Made by a program: the position numbers and the translations under genes. Below, piece by piece: positions 36,504 through 45,482 of a DNA stretch of 64,000 nucleotides. Under the pieces are notes generated by a model. The model was not told the origin of the DNA, did no database searches, and saw only the letters and a program-made list of their open reading frames with translations. The stretch comes from a virus (lineage: Duplodnaviria; Heunggongvirae; Uroviricota; Caudoviricetes): IMG/VR virus record IMGVR_UViG_3300023213_000338; one strand, 5' to 3'. The stretch's first letter is position 1. Every line of letters starts with the position of its first letter.

Positions 36504-37286
36504 TTATTGGGGGGAACAAATAGAATTTGGATCATTTTTTAGTTGTAAATAACAAGCATACCAATTGTTAAGAAATATGTTTTGTCCTTGTTTTAGTGTT
36601 AATTCTTTTGAACAGATAAATCTATTTACCGCATTTTCTACAAAATCTTTTTCATTAGGAGAACCTCCTGGTTCTGCCCACAAGTTTCTTACATCAGTAG
36701 GATTTCCTCCTGTCTCAAGTGGAACTACGTGATCAAACTCTAGGTCTCTTGGATTTTTATCAATATATCCATAATCTGCGATAGATTTAATTTTTAAAGG
36801 TTCTGTATAGCCTACAGGGGGTCTAATTTGTCTTGTATAGCCATGGATGCAAATCGTTGTGCTAATTGTATCTTGAGTAACGTCTAGATTCAAAGCTCCT
36901 GGAGTGCATTTAGGATCTGGAATCCAAGATTCTGGATCATTAGGGTTTAGTTGGGTTGCATGACAAATGCCGTTGGAGATTATTTGCGCACTTGGAGCTC
37001 CTGATGTTGGAGAAATAGAAATCGTTGGAAGAGGAGCTATGGCGTGAGAACTTGGTCTTGTAGCAACATATCCTGTCCCTCCGAATAAAGCCAAAACAAT
37101 AATTAAAATTCCTGCCTTTACCGAGGTTCGTAGCGATCTTTTTGGAGGAGCTGTTTTTCTGCTAAAAGTTCTTTTTTGTTTTGGCATTGGATTTCCAAGA
37201 GGAGTTGTTTCTGAAGGAGGATTTACAACAACAGGAGTAGTTGCTTCGGGTACTGGAGTCGGATTTGTATTAAGCTCATCAGTCAT
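36504..37286 (-). CDS. membrane-anchored HNH nuclease-like protein (Pro-rich N-terminus, TM helix, C-terminal HNH)
   Basis: A TM helix ILIIVLALFGGTGYV precedes DLEFDHVVPLETGGNPTDVRNLW (HNH D-H...N motif). Confidence 0.45.
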   Translation of the reverse strand: MTDELNTNPTPVPEATTPVVVNPPSETTPLGNPMPKQKRTFSRKTAPPKRSLRTSVKAGILIIVLALFGGTGYVATRPSSHAIAPLPTISISPTSGAPSAQIISNGICHATQLNPNDPESWIPDPKCTPGALNLDVTQDTISTTICIHGYTRQIRPPVGYTEPLKIKSIADYGYIDKNPRDLEFDHVVPLETGGNPTDVRNLWAEPGGSPNEKDFVENAVNRFICSKELTLKQGQNIFLNNWYACYLQLKNDPNSICSPQ

Positions 37287-37475
37287 AGCGAGTAAGAATC
37301 AACATGTTATAGATCAGCTCAAACAATCAACTCGAAAAGAACAGATCCTTGCATATTGATTCTGATCCGCTAGGAAAACCTAACGAAAAACTGAAAAACA
37401 GTGTCGAGTTTCATTATTCACTAACAAGACAGAGTATATATTTTATACATCATTATCACTGTTTTGTCAAGAGTG

Positions 37476-37706
37476 CTAGTAAGAATTATTTATCAAGTGG
37501 TAAGTCCACGCATTTTGGGGCGTACCATAGCCATGATTTTTTATATAATTTATTGTCCAATCTATTTGACAAGAAACATTACTTAATGATCCACATATAT
37601 TTATTAACTTTTGGCATGGGTATGCTTGTGGCAATCCGCATGCTCCAGAAAACCTATTTCTAGCATATGGATTAAATCCACTTTCCTCTTCAATTAGAGT
37701 ATACAT
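37476..37706 (-). CDS. hypothetical small protein
   Basis: 76-aa ORF. Confidence 0.3.
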   Translation of the reverse strand: MYTLIEEESGFNPYARNRFSGACGLPQAYPCQKLINICGSLSNVSCQIDWTINYIKNHGYGTPQNAWTYHLINNSY

Positions 37707-37834
37707 TGCAGGCCATTGACTTATTCCCCATTCAGAAACCGTAGCTTCTGCAAGTTTTGCCGTTACATCGTTTTTAACGACTTGTCTTACCGTAGGAGAA
37801 GTTTTGCCATATTTTTCTCTCGCATAAGCAAGTT

Positions 37835-38170
37835 CTACTTTAAAGACGATTCAACAGACTTTTGGATATTCGTAATTGCTTGAATTTCAGGCGGTTGAGC
37901 CTGATTAATAAATTGGGCATCAAGCTTTGATTTTTGGTCTTCATATCTTAATCTTACAGCTTGAACAACTTTGGGGTTCTGGATGGCAAAAAGAACCTCT
38001 TTTCTGTCATTCCAAAGCTGGTTGCCAAAAGCATATATTTTCCAACCAATTAAAAGACCAATCGCTACCCAAAGAACAAAAAAGATTGATTTTTTAATCC
38101 ATTCATTAGAATATTCTTTTTGTTCTTGTGGGAAGACATGGCTTTTGGGGAGATTCGTAAACATATTCAT
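37835..38170 (-). CDS. small membrane protein
   Basis: 111 aa with one TM helix IFFVLWVAIGLLIGWKIYAF. Confidence 0.45.
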   Translation of the reverse strand: MNMFTNLPKSHVFPQEQKEYSNEWIKKSIFFVLWVAIGLLIGWKIYAFGNQLWNDRKEVLFAIQNPKVVQAVRLRYEDQKSKLDAQFINQAQPPEIQAITNIQKSVESSLK

Positions 38171-38197
38171 GTTTTTTCACCTCCTTCATGATTAATA

Positions 38198-38226
38198 TAT
38201 TATACAATACTAAACAATATTTGTCA
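38198..38226 (-). promoter_or_regulatory. minus-strand sigma70-type promoter (TTGACA-N17-TATAAT)
   Basis: Reverse complement reads aacTTGACAaatattgtttagtattgTATAATa. Confidence 0.55.
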
Positions 38227-38279
38227 AGTTGAGGCTAAAAATTTATGCAAGCATTATGGAAATTTAGTACATGTGATAT

Positions 38280-38530
38280 ATATCATGTGGCTTCCGTAGG
38301 ATAGGGCATCAGTTCTGTTTTCTCATTTCCTCCCTAAAAATCCTACTGAAGCCAATTTCATAAAAAGCGTCCCTAAAAAGAGAGGCTTCATGTTCCGCCA
38401 AACTTAACCATTCCATTCCCCAACTAGAAATACCTCGCTACAACAAATTTTTCCACACCCCTGCTGCCACTCCATTCTGCTCTGAAACCAACCTCAACAC
38501 TCAACCCCAACCCATACTGCCAAAACAAGC
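38280..38530. repeat. second G-depleted, C-rich noncoding island immediately downstream of parB; candidate parS/centromere-like region
   Basis: About 250 bp, C-rich on the + strand. It shares actgcc-containing motifs (ctgctgccactcc, catactgccaaaac) with the island at 29280-29650. Confidence 0.4.
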
Positions 38531-38532
38531 GA

Positions 38533-39405
38533 TTATTTATCCAAAAGATATCCTTGGATTTCCGTCAGGAGCCACTGAAGCTGAGCTTCTACAATCTTCC
38601 GCTCTTGGAGGTTAATATTTGTGAGCGGATGATCTTCTAGGGCTAAGGCAAGCTTAGCAATCTGATTTAGTATCCGATTCGTAGATTTTGATTCCTTACT
38701 TCTTTTTCTTTCAATTTCCAACGTTGCTAAATCAGGCAACTTTCTTGCAATTTGTGCTTCCGTCTCAATTTCATCTCTTGACTGATAATCTCCGACAAGG
38801 ATTTTATCTTTAATTTTATCTCTCATTTCTTCAGGAGCTGAATTAGCTTCACGGATATAGGTTCTTGGAATTTGACCCACATGAATAGCATCTTGGATCA
38901 GCTCTGGTTCGTCTAAGAGCTTAAGTAACTCAAAGACAGTTTCTTTATCGGCGGATATTTCTTCTGCAATTTCCAAGAATGGTCCCTTGATTCCCCTGCC
39001 AGTTCCTTTTCCTCCAAAACTGTAAGCCGTATTATAGTTTTTCCCCGTTTTAAGCTCATAAAGCCTAACCCATCCCCGAGCGGTATCGATCGGGTTCATG
39101 GATGCTCCATTTCTTGCGGCTGATTGGTGAAGATTTTCACTCATTTGTCTCTTTAGCCTATCATAAGGAGTAAGTTGTTTATGGTTCACAATGGCCTTAA
39201 TCTTATCCCAACCTAAAGATTTTATTGCTCTATAACGCCTTTCCCCAACGACAATTATTCCGCTTTCATCAATTTCAATGGGATGGATTTGTCCTACGTT
39301 TTTAATGTTTTCGGCTAAAGATTCTACGTCTGAAAAGCTCTTTCTCGGTTGGTGAGGATCTGGAGTTACGGAGTTAATATCAACATATAAAGAATTATTT
39401 TCCAT
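38533..39405 (-). CDS. parB: ParB-like protein (ParB/Srx N-terminal domain)
   Basis: IHPIEIDESGIIVVGERRYRAIKSLGWDKIKAIV contains the ParB GERRxRA box. No parA gene is adjacent. Confidence 0.7.
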   Translation of the reverse strand: MENNSLYVDINSVTPDPHQPRKSFSDVESLAENIKNVGQIHPIEIDESGIIVVGERRYRAIKSLGWDKIKAIVNHKQLTPYDRLKRQMSENLHQSAARNGASMNPIDTARGWVRLYELKTGKNYNTAYSFGGKGTGRGIKGPFLEIAEEISADKETVFELLKLLDEPELIQDAIHVGQIPRTYIREANSAPEEMRDKIKDKILVGDYQSRDEIETEAQIARKLPDLATLEIERKRSKESKSTNRILNQIAKLALALEDHPLTNINLQERKIVEAQLQWLLTEIQGYLLDK

Positions 39406-39865
39406 TTTTCAGGTGAGGCAGTAAAACTTTTTCTTCTTCGATCGAACCCCTTAAGAATCCGTTGCTAACAGCTTCTTTCATATATTTCTGGGTTCTGTCT
39501 AATATTCCTTTTGTGAATGTATATCTCGTTGTCCCAATATATCTATATTCAGCCTCATTTTGTGCAAGTCCATATTGTCCGAGATTGTTTACGCAACCAA
39601 ACATTACTCCATGCTTGCGGTACATGGAATCTTTAAGCGTATGTATCCATCCCCTAACTTTTCTTTCTGCTACCAAGGCATTAACTACAGTTTTAAGATT
39701 GAAAAAGCGTACTAAAAGCTGTTGAATGGAATATTTTTCTCCGTCCAAAAATTCCTGTTCCAAGATGGAAATAATAGCTTTTGTTTGTTTTCTGGAAGTT
39801 GGATTCATAGAGGCTGAAATCTGAATTTCTTTTGGCTTTATATTGTCTTTGACTCGTTTTCTCAT
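39395..39865 (-). CDS. hypothetical protein (start trimmed to the Met downstream of the promoter)
   Basis: The ORF runs to 39880, but the consensus promoter at 39880-39908 overlaps it. MRKRVKDN at 39865 is the likely start. The stop overlaps the parB start. Confidence 0.45.
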   Translation of the reverse strand: MRKRVKDNIKPKEIQISASMNPTSRKQTKAIISILEQEFLDGEKYSIQQLLVRFFNLKTVVNALVAERKVRGWIHTLKDSMYRKHGVMFGCVNNLGQYGLAQNEAEYRYIGTTRYTFTKGILDRTQKYMKEAVSNGFLRGSIEEEKVLLPHLKNGK

Positions 39866-39879
39866 GTGAATATGTATCA

Positions 39880-39908
39880 AGTATATACTATTTTTCTCAA
39901 TTTGTCAA
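39880..39908 (-). promoter_or_regulatory. minus-strand sigma70-type promoter (TTGACA-N17-TATACT)
   Basis: Reverse complement reads cTTGACAaattgagaaaaatagtaTATACTt. Confidence 0.45.
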
Positions 39909-39994
39909 GAGGATTGACAGAAAATCTAAAAGAGAGTATGGTAAAAATGTTTTGGTAAAGTTCCAAAACCAACGTTTAAATTAGAGATAAAACT

Positions 39995-40112
39995 AATTTA
40001 AGAATCCCTACGCCAAGCGGGGTACTTGTAGCTTAACAGAATATCTGTTTAGTTCGGCCAAGTATGCTTGGCAAAGCTACAGGGCTTGGTCGAACCGAAC
40101 AGATATTTTTTT
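39995..40112 (+). other. highly structured intergenic element (8-bp closing stem, two internal hairpins, U7 tract)
   Basis: cttgtagc...gctacagg closes on aacagAATATctgtt and ccaagTATGcttgg hairpins. ccgaaccgaacagatat can alternatively pair with atatctgtttagttcgg. A TTTTTTT tract follows. It sits in the divergent region between the minus-strand block and gene 40124. Confidence 0.4.
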
Positions 40113-40123
40113 ATGATTAATTT

Positions 40124-40942
40124 ATGACAACCCTACCTGATTTTTTAATTATTCCAACTATTCTTCTAACAGACGAGAACATCCAACCCCTTGACAGAGA
40201 GGTTTTTGGTATTATTTATTGGACAACTAAATTAAAAAATGAAAAATGTACGATGACCAATCGTACAATAGCAGATCTTTTAAGAGCTAAGCCATCGAGC
40301 GTCTCTCATGCAGTTAATCGATTGGTGTTGGGGAAATATGTTTCTTCGGTAATTAATCCTAAAACCCACCAAAGGAAAGAACTCCGTCCACTTATATCCT
40401 TTAGTGCTATTTCAGAAAATAATGAAAACTATAACCCTAGCTCAAAAAAGCAAGGGTTTGAAGATGAGGTGCTAACCCTAGCTCAAAAAAGCTATCCCCT
40501 AGCTCAAAAAAGCGAGGGGGTTAGCTCTGTAGAGCATGATACTACTAATAAGAATATAAATAAGAATAATAAAGAAGATAAATATATAAATATATTTGCA
40601 AATAAAAAAGAGAACGCTGGGGCAGAAAAAACTACAGGTTCTTCCTTATTTGATCAGCAAATAGACAAGCAAATAATCGCCTATTGCCAACGCGAGCAAA
40701 AATTAGACAAGGGGTTTGTTAATTATGCGTCCCAACTTGTTGCACTCAAAAAAATCCGTAGTGCAAGATATACAACCGACGACATATATTTTGTCATCAA
40801 CGAAATGGTAGCTGATCCATATTGGAGTACTCGTCCATTTGATCTATTTAAGGTTTCTAACCAAATGCACTATTTTCTGAACCGAACCGTATATTTTGAC
40901 CAAAAGAAAGGAGGCGGATCACGGAATGGGAGACTTTTTTAG
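40124..40942 (+). CDS. wHTH DNA-binding protein with internal LAQKS repeats (possible replication-initiation or regulatory protein)
   Basis: N-terminal MTNRTIADLLRAKPSSVSHAVNRLV is helix-turn-helix-like. The internal repeat is LAQKSYPLAQKSEG, from a DNA repeat at 40470-40510. Confidence 0.4.
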   Translation: MTTLPDFLIIPTILLTDENIQPLDREVFGIIYWTTKLKNEKCTMTNRTIADLLRAKPSSVSHAVNRLVLGKYVSSVINPKTHQRKELRPLISFSAISENNENYNPSSKKQGFEDEVLTLAQKSYPLAQKSEGVSSVEHDTTNKNINKNNKEDKYINIFANKKENAGAEKTTGSSLFDQQIDKQIIAYCQREQKLDKGFVNYASQLVALKKIRSARYTTDDIYFVINEMVADPYWSTRPFDLFKVSNQMHYFLNRTVYFDQKKGGGSRNGRLF

Positions 40943-41549
40943 CATAAGGGATATATTAAAAAAAATGATTGAAGAAAAAGATTATGAGGGGGTTACTAAA
41001 AAGGTGGAGGAATGGTTTAAATCTAGGGGTTTAGTTGAATTACCCGAGGGTTCTTATTGGAAGTGGATGTATAAAGATTGGTTTGAGAAAGCTATTAAAG
41101 AAAAATACTTAACAAAGAATAAAGACGGCCAATATGTGCCTCTAATTTATGAGACCACTATAGAAAAACCCATTGGTAAAAGAGGAAAGGATATTGTTTA
41201 CGAAAAAAATACCAAATTAGATTCTGCTCGTTTTTTTAAGTTTGCACAAGAATATGGCGCATATGAATACATGAGGGAACGTGAGCAAGAAGCTGAAGAT
41301 CAGTTTATTCAATGGGAAGAGAAAAAGAAGGTTTTGGAAAACCAAATTGCCCATTTAAGGGTGCAATATTCACAGGCTGAAGACCAAGCGGTAAAAGAAA
41401 AAATCGTTGTAGAAGGGACAAAATTAAAGAATGAGCTTCTTTCTTTGGAGGGAGAAAAACCAAGAATTACAGAAGAAGAATTGACCCATGTGGCTGTTCG
41501 GACAGGAGAAGGGGTTTACGACGACGTAGATTTTGAAAATCCATCTTGA
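40896..41549 (+). CDS. hypothetical protein with coiled coil
   Basis: 217-aa ORF overlapping the previous gene. Confidence 0.45.
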   Translation: MTKRKEADHGMGDFFSIRDILKKMIEEKDYEGVTKKVEEWFKSRGLVELPEGSYWKWMYKDWFEKAIKEKYLTKNKDGQYVPLIYETTIEKPIGKRGKDIVYEKNTKLDSARFFKFAQEYGAYEYMREREQEAEDQFIQWEEKKKVLENQIAHLRVQYSQAEDQAVKEKIVVEGTKLKNELLSLEGEKPRITEEELTHVAVRTGEGVYDDVDFENPS

Positions 41550-42016
41550 AAAATCGTTCAATATTTGTTATAATATTAACACTAGGCATAGGGGCGAAAG
41601 CCTTTCTTCGATCCTAAGCATGCGTCGGATTGGGAACTAGCCTAGAACAGGGGCATGAATTGATTCGAGGAGAAGCGTACTTTAAAATTGCAAGCCGACT
41701 CTTCGTCATTGTCGTAAAACAGACGAAATAAAATAAATGCTGAAAAGAAAACAGCACTACTTGCTGAAAAGCGAGCTATTGAAGAAGAGCTTGCCTCAAG
41801 CATGTATCAACCTCTTTTCGCTTAAAACTAAGCGATTAGTGGAAGACGTTTCAAAATAATTTGCTTGTCGATTGTTTGAGGCGTAAAAACAGACAGGCCT
41901 GGCAGGAGGAAAGACTCCGTAAATAAGATAATTTTTAACATACCAAAAAAAGCTTGTAAACAATTTTTGAGAAACTTTTTCGACGGGAAGTCACTCTTCC
42001 CCATGTCCACTAAGAC

Positions 42017-42087
42017 TGCCGAGTCGACTAACGGTAAGTCAATTGCCCTTGGAGCAGTTTATCTACGTTCGAGTCGTAGCGCGGCAA
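42017..42087 (+). tRNA. tRNA-Gln (anticodon UUG), CCA not encoded
   Basis: Manual cloverleaf: acceptor tgccgag/cgcggca (one A-G mismatch), U8, D arm gact-aacggta-agtc, anticodon arm attgc-ccTTGga-gcagt, variable loop ttat, T arm ctacg-TTCGAGT-cgtag, discriminator A. Position 33 is C rather than U. Confidence 0.5.
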
Positions 42088-42095
42088 CTTAAAAT

Positions 42096-42242
42096 ATGCC
42101 ATATAAATCTAAAGCCCAACAGAAATTTTTCCACGCAAATAGGGCGAAGTTAGAATCCCAAGGAGTAAACGTTTCGGAATGGGATCAAGCTTCTAAAGGG
42201 AAAAAACTTCCACGTAGAGTTAAGAAAAAGGGTAAAAAATAA
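42096..42242 (+). CDS. small basic protein (48 aa: MPYKSKAQQKFFHANRAKLESQGVNVSEWDQASKGKKLPRRVKKKGKK)
   Basis: ATG-to-TAA ORF that exactly fills the gap between the two tRNAs. It is lysine-rich like the micro-ORF array. Confidence 0.35.
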   Translation: MPYKSKAQQKFFHANRAKLESQGVNVSEWDQASKGKKLPRRVKKKGKK

Positions 42243-42316
42243 GCGACTGTAGTTAATTGGCTTAACGTTTCCCTTCCAAGGAAAGGAAGAGAGTCCGATT
42301 CTCTCTAGTCGCTCCA
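42243..42316 (+). tRNA. tRNA-Gly (anticodon UCC) with encoded CCA
   Basis: Manual cloverleaf: acceptor gcgactg/tagtcgc (one GU), D arm gtta-attggct-taac, anticodon arm tttcc-cTTCCaa-ggaaa (perfect stem, U33, A37), variable loop ggaa, T arm gagag-tccgatt-ctctc, discriminator T, CCA. Confidence 0.55.
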
Positions 42317-42416
42317 ATACGGTTGAAGGAGACTGTCGACAAATAAGGCAGTTGGATTCTTTTAAGTGACTTTTTAAGAATCTTATTGTTTGCTCCAGTC
42401 AACCGTATTTTAAAAG

Positions 42417-42749
42417 ATGCGTATTGGAATAGATTATTGGCAAACCCTCTCTCAAGCTCCAGATAAATACAGGCAGATAGCTCAAGCCTTTGAAGATTCA
42501 GGAATTGGAGTTTATATCGTTTCTGCCGTTGGAGAAAGCGACGTAGAGCGAATAATTGCAGAAATCCAATCTTTAAATATTCCCCACACTGTGATTTCGA
42601 TTATCATTTGTTCAGGGGAAGAAGTTCCCCAAGAAAAGCTTGGATATGCGATAGAGAATAAATTGGATTTTTTTATCGATGACAGAATGGATGTTTGTGA
42701 GCTCTTAAGGAAAAATGGGATAATTACGCTTAATGCTATAAATTTATAA
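42417..42749 (+). CDS. hypothetical protein
   Basis: 110-aa ORF following an 11-bp long-range stem (aatacggttga...tcaaccgtatt at 42313-42408) that encloses a hairpin. Confidence 0.45.
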   Translation: MRIGIDYWQTLSQAPDKYRQIAQAFEDSGIGVYIVSAVGESDVERIIAEIQSLNIPHTVISIIICSGEEVPQEKLGYAIENKLDFFIDDRMDVCELLRKNGIITLNAINL

Positions 42750-42753
42750 AACC

Positions 42754-42966
42754 ATGCGTTTGGAAGAAATGGGATTTGATAGATTAAGGGAAGGCGAGAA
42801 GAAAATCTTTTGGTCTAAAGAGATTATGGAGATGTTTGGACTCAGACCTAAAGAAGTTTATTGGTTAGGACAGATGCTCGGAGTTCGCAAGGATACGAGT
42901 CGTATGTATAACTTTACGAAAGAAGATGTTGATAAGATTGCTCGGTTGATTAAACAAGGGAATTGA
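42754..42966 (+). CDS. hypothetical small protein
   Basis: 70-aa ORF. Confidence 0.35.
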   Translation: MRLEEMGFDRLREGEKKIFWSKEIMEMFGLRPKEVYWLGQMLGVRKDTSRMYNFTKEDVDKIARLIKQGN

Positions 42967-42991
42967 TATTATCTCCTCCCTTGTGACAGAT

Positions 42992-43486
42992 CTACTGTTT
43001 AGAGATCAGTTGTTCGTAGGCTAGCTTGGCCTTTTCTTTGTAGGAAAATTCATTTTGTTTGCGTTTTTCCAACTCCGCCTGTGTGAGGAAACGGAAATAC
43101 AAACTCCAAGCTTTACGCCAAAAGATCATATCATGATGGTGTCCGCTTCTAACCAGCCAATGTGCCAGTTCGTGAAGCAAGAGTCCTTTTTCTACGGCTC
43201 CCTCTTCTATTCTCATGATAATATTGGGTTTTCTGCCGTAGGCTCGTGACCAAAATATTGATCGGTTTCTAAGAGAACTCTTCCAGTTGCTTGCTCTATA
43301 AGTTGTCCCCGAGGCTTTATATCGAACGCCTCTCCATTTGATCTTAGGAGCTTTGCTTCTTTTTTCAGAAGCAAGAACCTCAGCGATCAGTTTAGTTGCC
43401 CATTCTGGTTGATTCATGTCGTCTCCGATACTGTTTGCCCCTCCACCAAGATCTTCTTTTCCTATAGCAATATGCTTCGCAAACAT
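42992..43486 (-). CDS. HExxH zinc metallopeptidase-like protein (SprT/YgjP-like)
   Basis: LLLHELAHWLVRSGHHHD carries the HExxH motif with a downstream His cluster. Confidence 0.35.
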   Translation of the reverse strand: MFAKHIAIGKEDLGGGANSIGDDMNQPEWATKLIAEVLASEKRSKAPKIKWRGVRYKASGTTYRASNWKSSLRNRSIFWSRAYGRKPNIIMRIEEGAVEKGLLLHELAHWLVRSGHHHDMIFWRKAWSLYFRFLTQAELEKRKQNEFSYKEKAKLAYEQLISKQ

Positions 43487-43883
43487 AAAAGCTTCTATAT
43501 TGCTTGCATTTGCGGTATTGCCAACAGGATTGACAAACGTGCATCATATTTTTCACCTCCTCTCTTTTTAAAGTGCGAGCTGATTTGCTCTACATTAATT
43601 ATATCATCCCAAAAATCGAGTTTTAATTGTCCCTGCGTGTTAAACTCAGGTTTTGAGGTCACACTTTTCGACTTGACAGAGGCTACATAAAATGTCTATG
43701 GGAGGCTGTGGTAAAAAATAGGAGGTTGTCAGGATAATCTAAATTGATGATAAGTTGCTCCAAAATTCAAAAGGGGATTTAGTGTATCAAAACAAATCCT
43801 TAAAAATAACATCTTAATTATTTTCTACGATATATCTGTAAGCCCCTAAAATGCCCCAGGACGAGTTTTTAAAGACTTAATGG

Positions 43884-44300
43884 CTATGTCCTTTCACTTA
43901 TGGCTAACTTAGGAAACTTTTTCCTGAATTTATTCCAAAAGCGTCTATCAAATGGAAGTTCCTCGTTGGTATACATGGCTCGGATCGTGCTTTGGAGAAA
44001 TAGTGGCATAACGGCTATATAGCGTCTTTCATGCTCTTTTCCTCCTTGAGTTTGTCCAAACTTTTTGTCTTGGAGATTTGATTTATCTAATTTCACGTTA
44101 TATAAAATATCTTGAACTTCTTCTGGATATCTTCTTGCCCACTCCTGAGCCAAGAGTTCAATTGTGCCTCCTTCTTCCCATGGGTCTTTTTCCTTTCTCG
44201 CCCACATAACTTTAGTTGCAAAACTTGAATCTTCCATGTTAACAACCATAGGGACATTTCCAACTTTACTTTCTATAACTTTGAGTTGCTGAGGCTTCAT
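43884..44300 (-). CDS. hypothetical protein
   Basis: 138-aa ORF. Confidence 0.45.
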   Translation of the reverse strand: MKPQQLKVIESKVGNVPMVVNMEDSSFATKVMWARKEKDPWEEGGTIELLAQEWARRYPEEVQDILYNVKLDKSNLQDKKFGQTQGGKEHERRYIAVMPLFLQSTIRAMYTNEELPFDRRFWNKFRKKFPKLAISERT

Positions 44301-44321
44301 GTTCTGTATTTTATTTTAATT

Positions 44322-44534
44322 TTATTTATTAAGATTAGATATTCTCCATTTGGGTAATGGTTTCTTTAATTTTCCATCTTCACAAGCCCAACATAAAAAA
44401 TTACCCTTATCTTCTATTTGGTATAATCCGCAAAAAGGACAAGTAAAATATCTAACTTTCCCTATCAGTTTGCCACCTAGATTTATTATAGCTTCATTTT
44501 TGAACTTATATTTTTCTTTTTTCTTTTTTATCAT
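44322..44534 (-). CDS. zinc-ribbon microprotein
   Basis: CPFCGLYQ...CWACEDG. Confidence 0.4.
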   Translation of the reverse strand: MIKKKKEKYKFKNEAIINLGGKLIGKVRYFTCPFCGLYQIEDKGNFLCWACEDGKLKKPLPKWRISNLNK

Positions 44535-44833
44535 TATTCAAGATTCAAGTTATTTAAATATTCTTTTAGCTTGTCTTTGGTTACAATTTTTCCCTTAGTC
44601 CATTTTCTAATGTCGTGAATAAGTTCTTGTTTTTGAGAAGATAGAAGATTGGAAATAAATATCCTAACTGTGGAGGGAGTAACTAGCCAACGAGAAGAAC
44701 CACCTACTTCATTGTTGTCATAAAATTTTTTAAATGTTTCTTCCCAACCTATGGGCTTTTGTTCGCAATGACTACAGGTCTTATCAGAATTTTCTTCGCA
44801 AGTTGTTTTATAGTGACATTTACATTTATTCAT
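44534..44833 (-). CDS. zinc-finger small protein
   Basis: CKCHYKTTC...CSHCEQK. Confidence 0.4.
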   Translation of the reverse strand: MNKCKCHYKTTCEENSDKTCSHCEQKPIGWEETFKKFYDNNEVGGSSRWLVTPSTVRIFISNLLSSQKQELIHDIRKWTKGKIVTKDKLKEYLNNLNLE

Positions 44834-44999
44834 TTATTTTCTCCCTCTAATATAAATTTATCTCTATCTTTCCAGCTTCTTATAATTGTTTTGCCTGTTG
44901 ATTTTTCTTGATATTCTATTTTTAACTCATGTAAGTCGTCATGGATTTTACAAATTTCATGAAATAACTCATCCCAATGTTTGTCTATAAGTTGCTCGA

Positions 45000-45194
45000 T
45001 CATTTTTTATATCCTTCTATTCTCTTAAATTTTTTAAGAAAAGATAAAATCCTTATAGGATCACTCCAAGTATCTTTACAAGAAAGACAATGTAAACAAG
45101 GATAAGGATTTTTTCTATGCTTTCTTATTTTTAGTTTTAAATGTAAACATTTCATACTAGTCATACTAGCAACTGGGGGTAAGTTCGGATACAT
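45000..45194 (-). CDS. zinc-finger microprotein
   Basis: CLH...CLHCLSCKD. Confidence 0.3.
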   Translation of the reverse strand: MYPNLPPVASMTSMKCLHLKLKIRKHRKNPYPCLHCLSCKDTWSDPIRILSFLKKFKRIEGYKK

Positions 45195-45199
45195 ACGGT

Positions 45200-45480
45200 C
45201 TACTTCTCCTACGCATGAATTATCCTTGGATTACATAGAAGCCTTTGAAATCCTACTTTTATCCCATACCCCCATGTGCTAGTAAGTCTACTTTAGCTAT
45301 CCTAAGAAGTGTGAACTTCACACGTATCGCCAAGTAGACTTGCTAGTAGGCTATTGATTAGCCAATTCCTTAACTCAGGAAGCTCGATTGTTTTATACTT
45401 GCTCGATTAGCCTTAAAGTTGGTTCCAGCATACAAGTAATTGGCTTTTGTTGTATGTTCTGGCATACTAGCCTTAAAGTT
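45200..45480. repeat. noncoding region with nested palindromes and direct repeats
   Basis: A central palindrome gtgtgaacttcacac is flanked by the inverted repeat gctagtaagtctactt / aagtagacttgctagtagg. Direct repeats of ctagccttaaagtt (2 copies) and ttgctcgattagcc are also present. Confidence 0.45.
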
Positions 45481-45482
45481 AA

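Noticed and set aside
39995-40112. tRNA gene in the divergent intergenic region (tagcttaac and ggtcgaacc look D-loop- and T-loop-like).
   Set aside because: It could not be folded into a cloverleaf with a 7-bp acceptor, D, anticodon and T arms on either strand. It is better explained as a multi-hairpin regulatory element.
41650-41850. Possible tmRNA. ggggcatgaattgattcgaggag resembles the 5' end of bacterial tmRNA (GGGGCUGAUUCUGGAUUCGACGGG).
   Set aside because: No convincing tag reading frame ending in a hydrophobic ..AA stop follows. The downstream T-arm and acceptor belong to a complete tRNA-Gln cloverleaf rather than pairing with this 5' end. The resemblance is probably chance.
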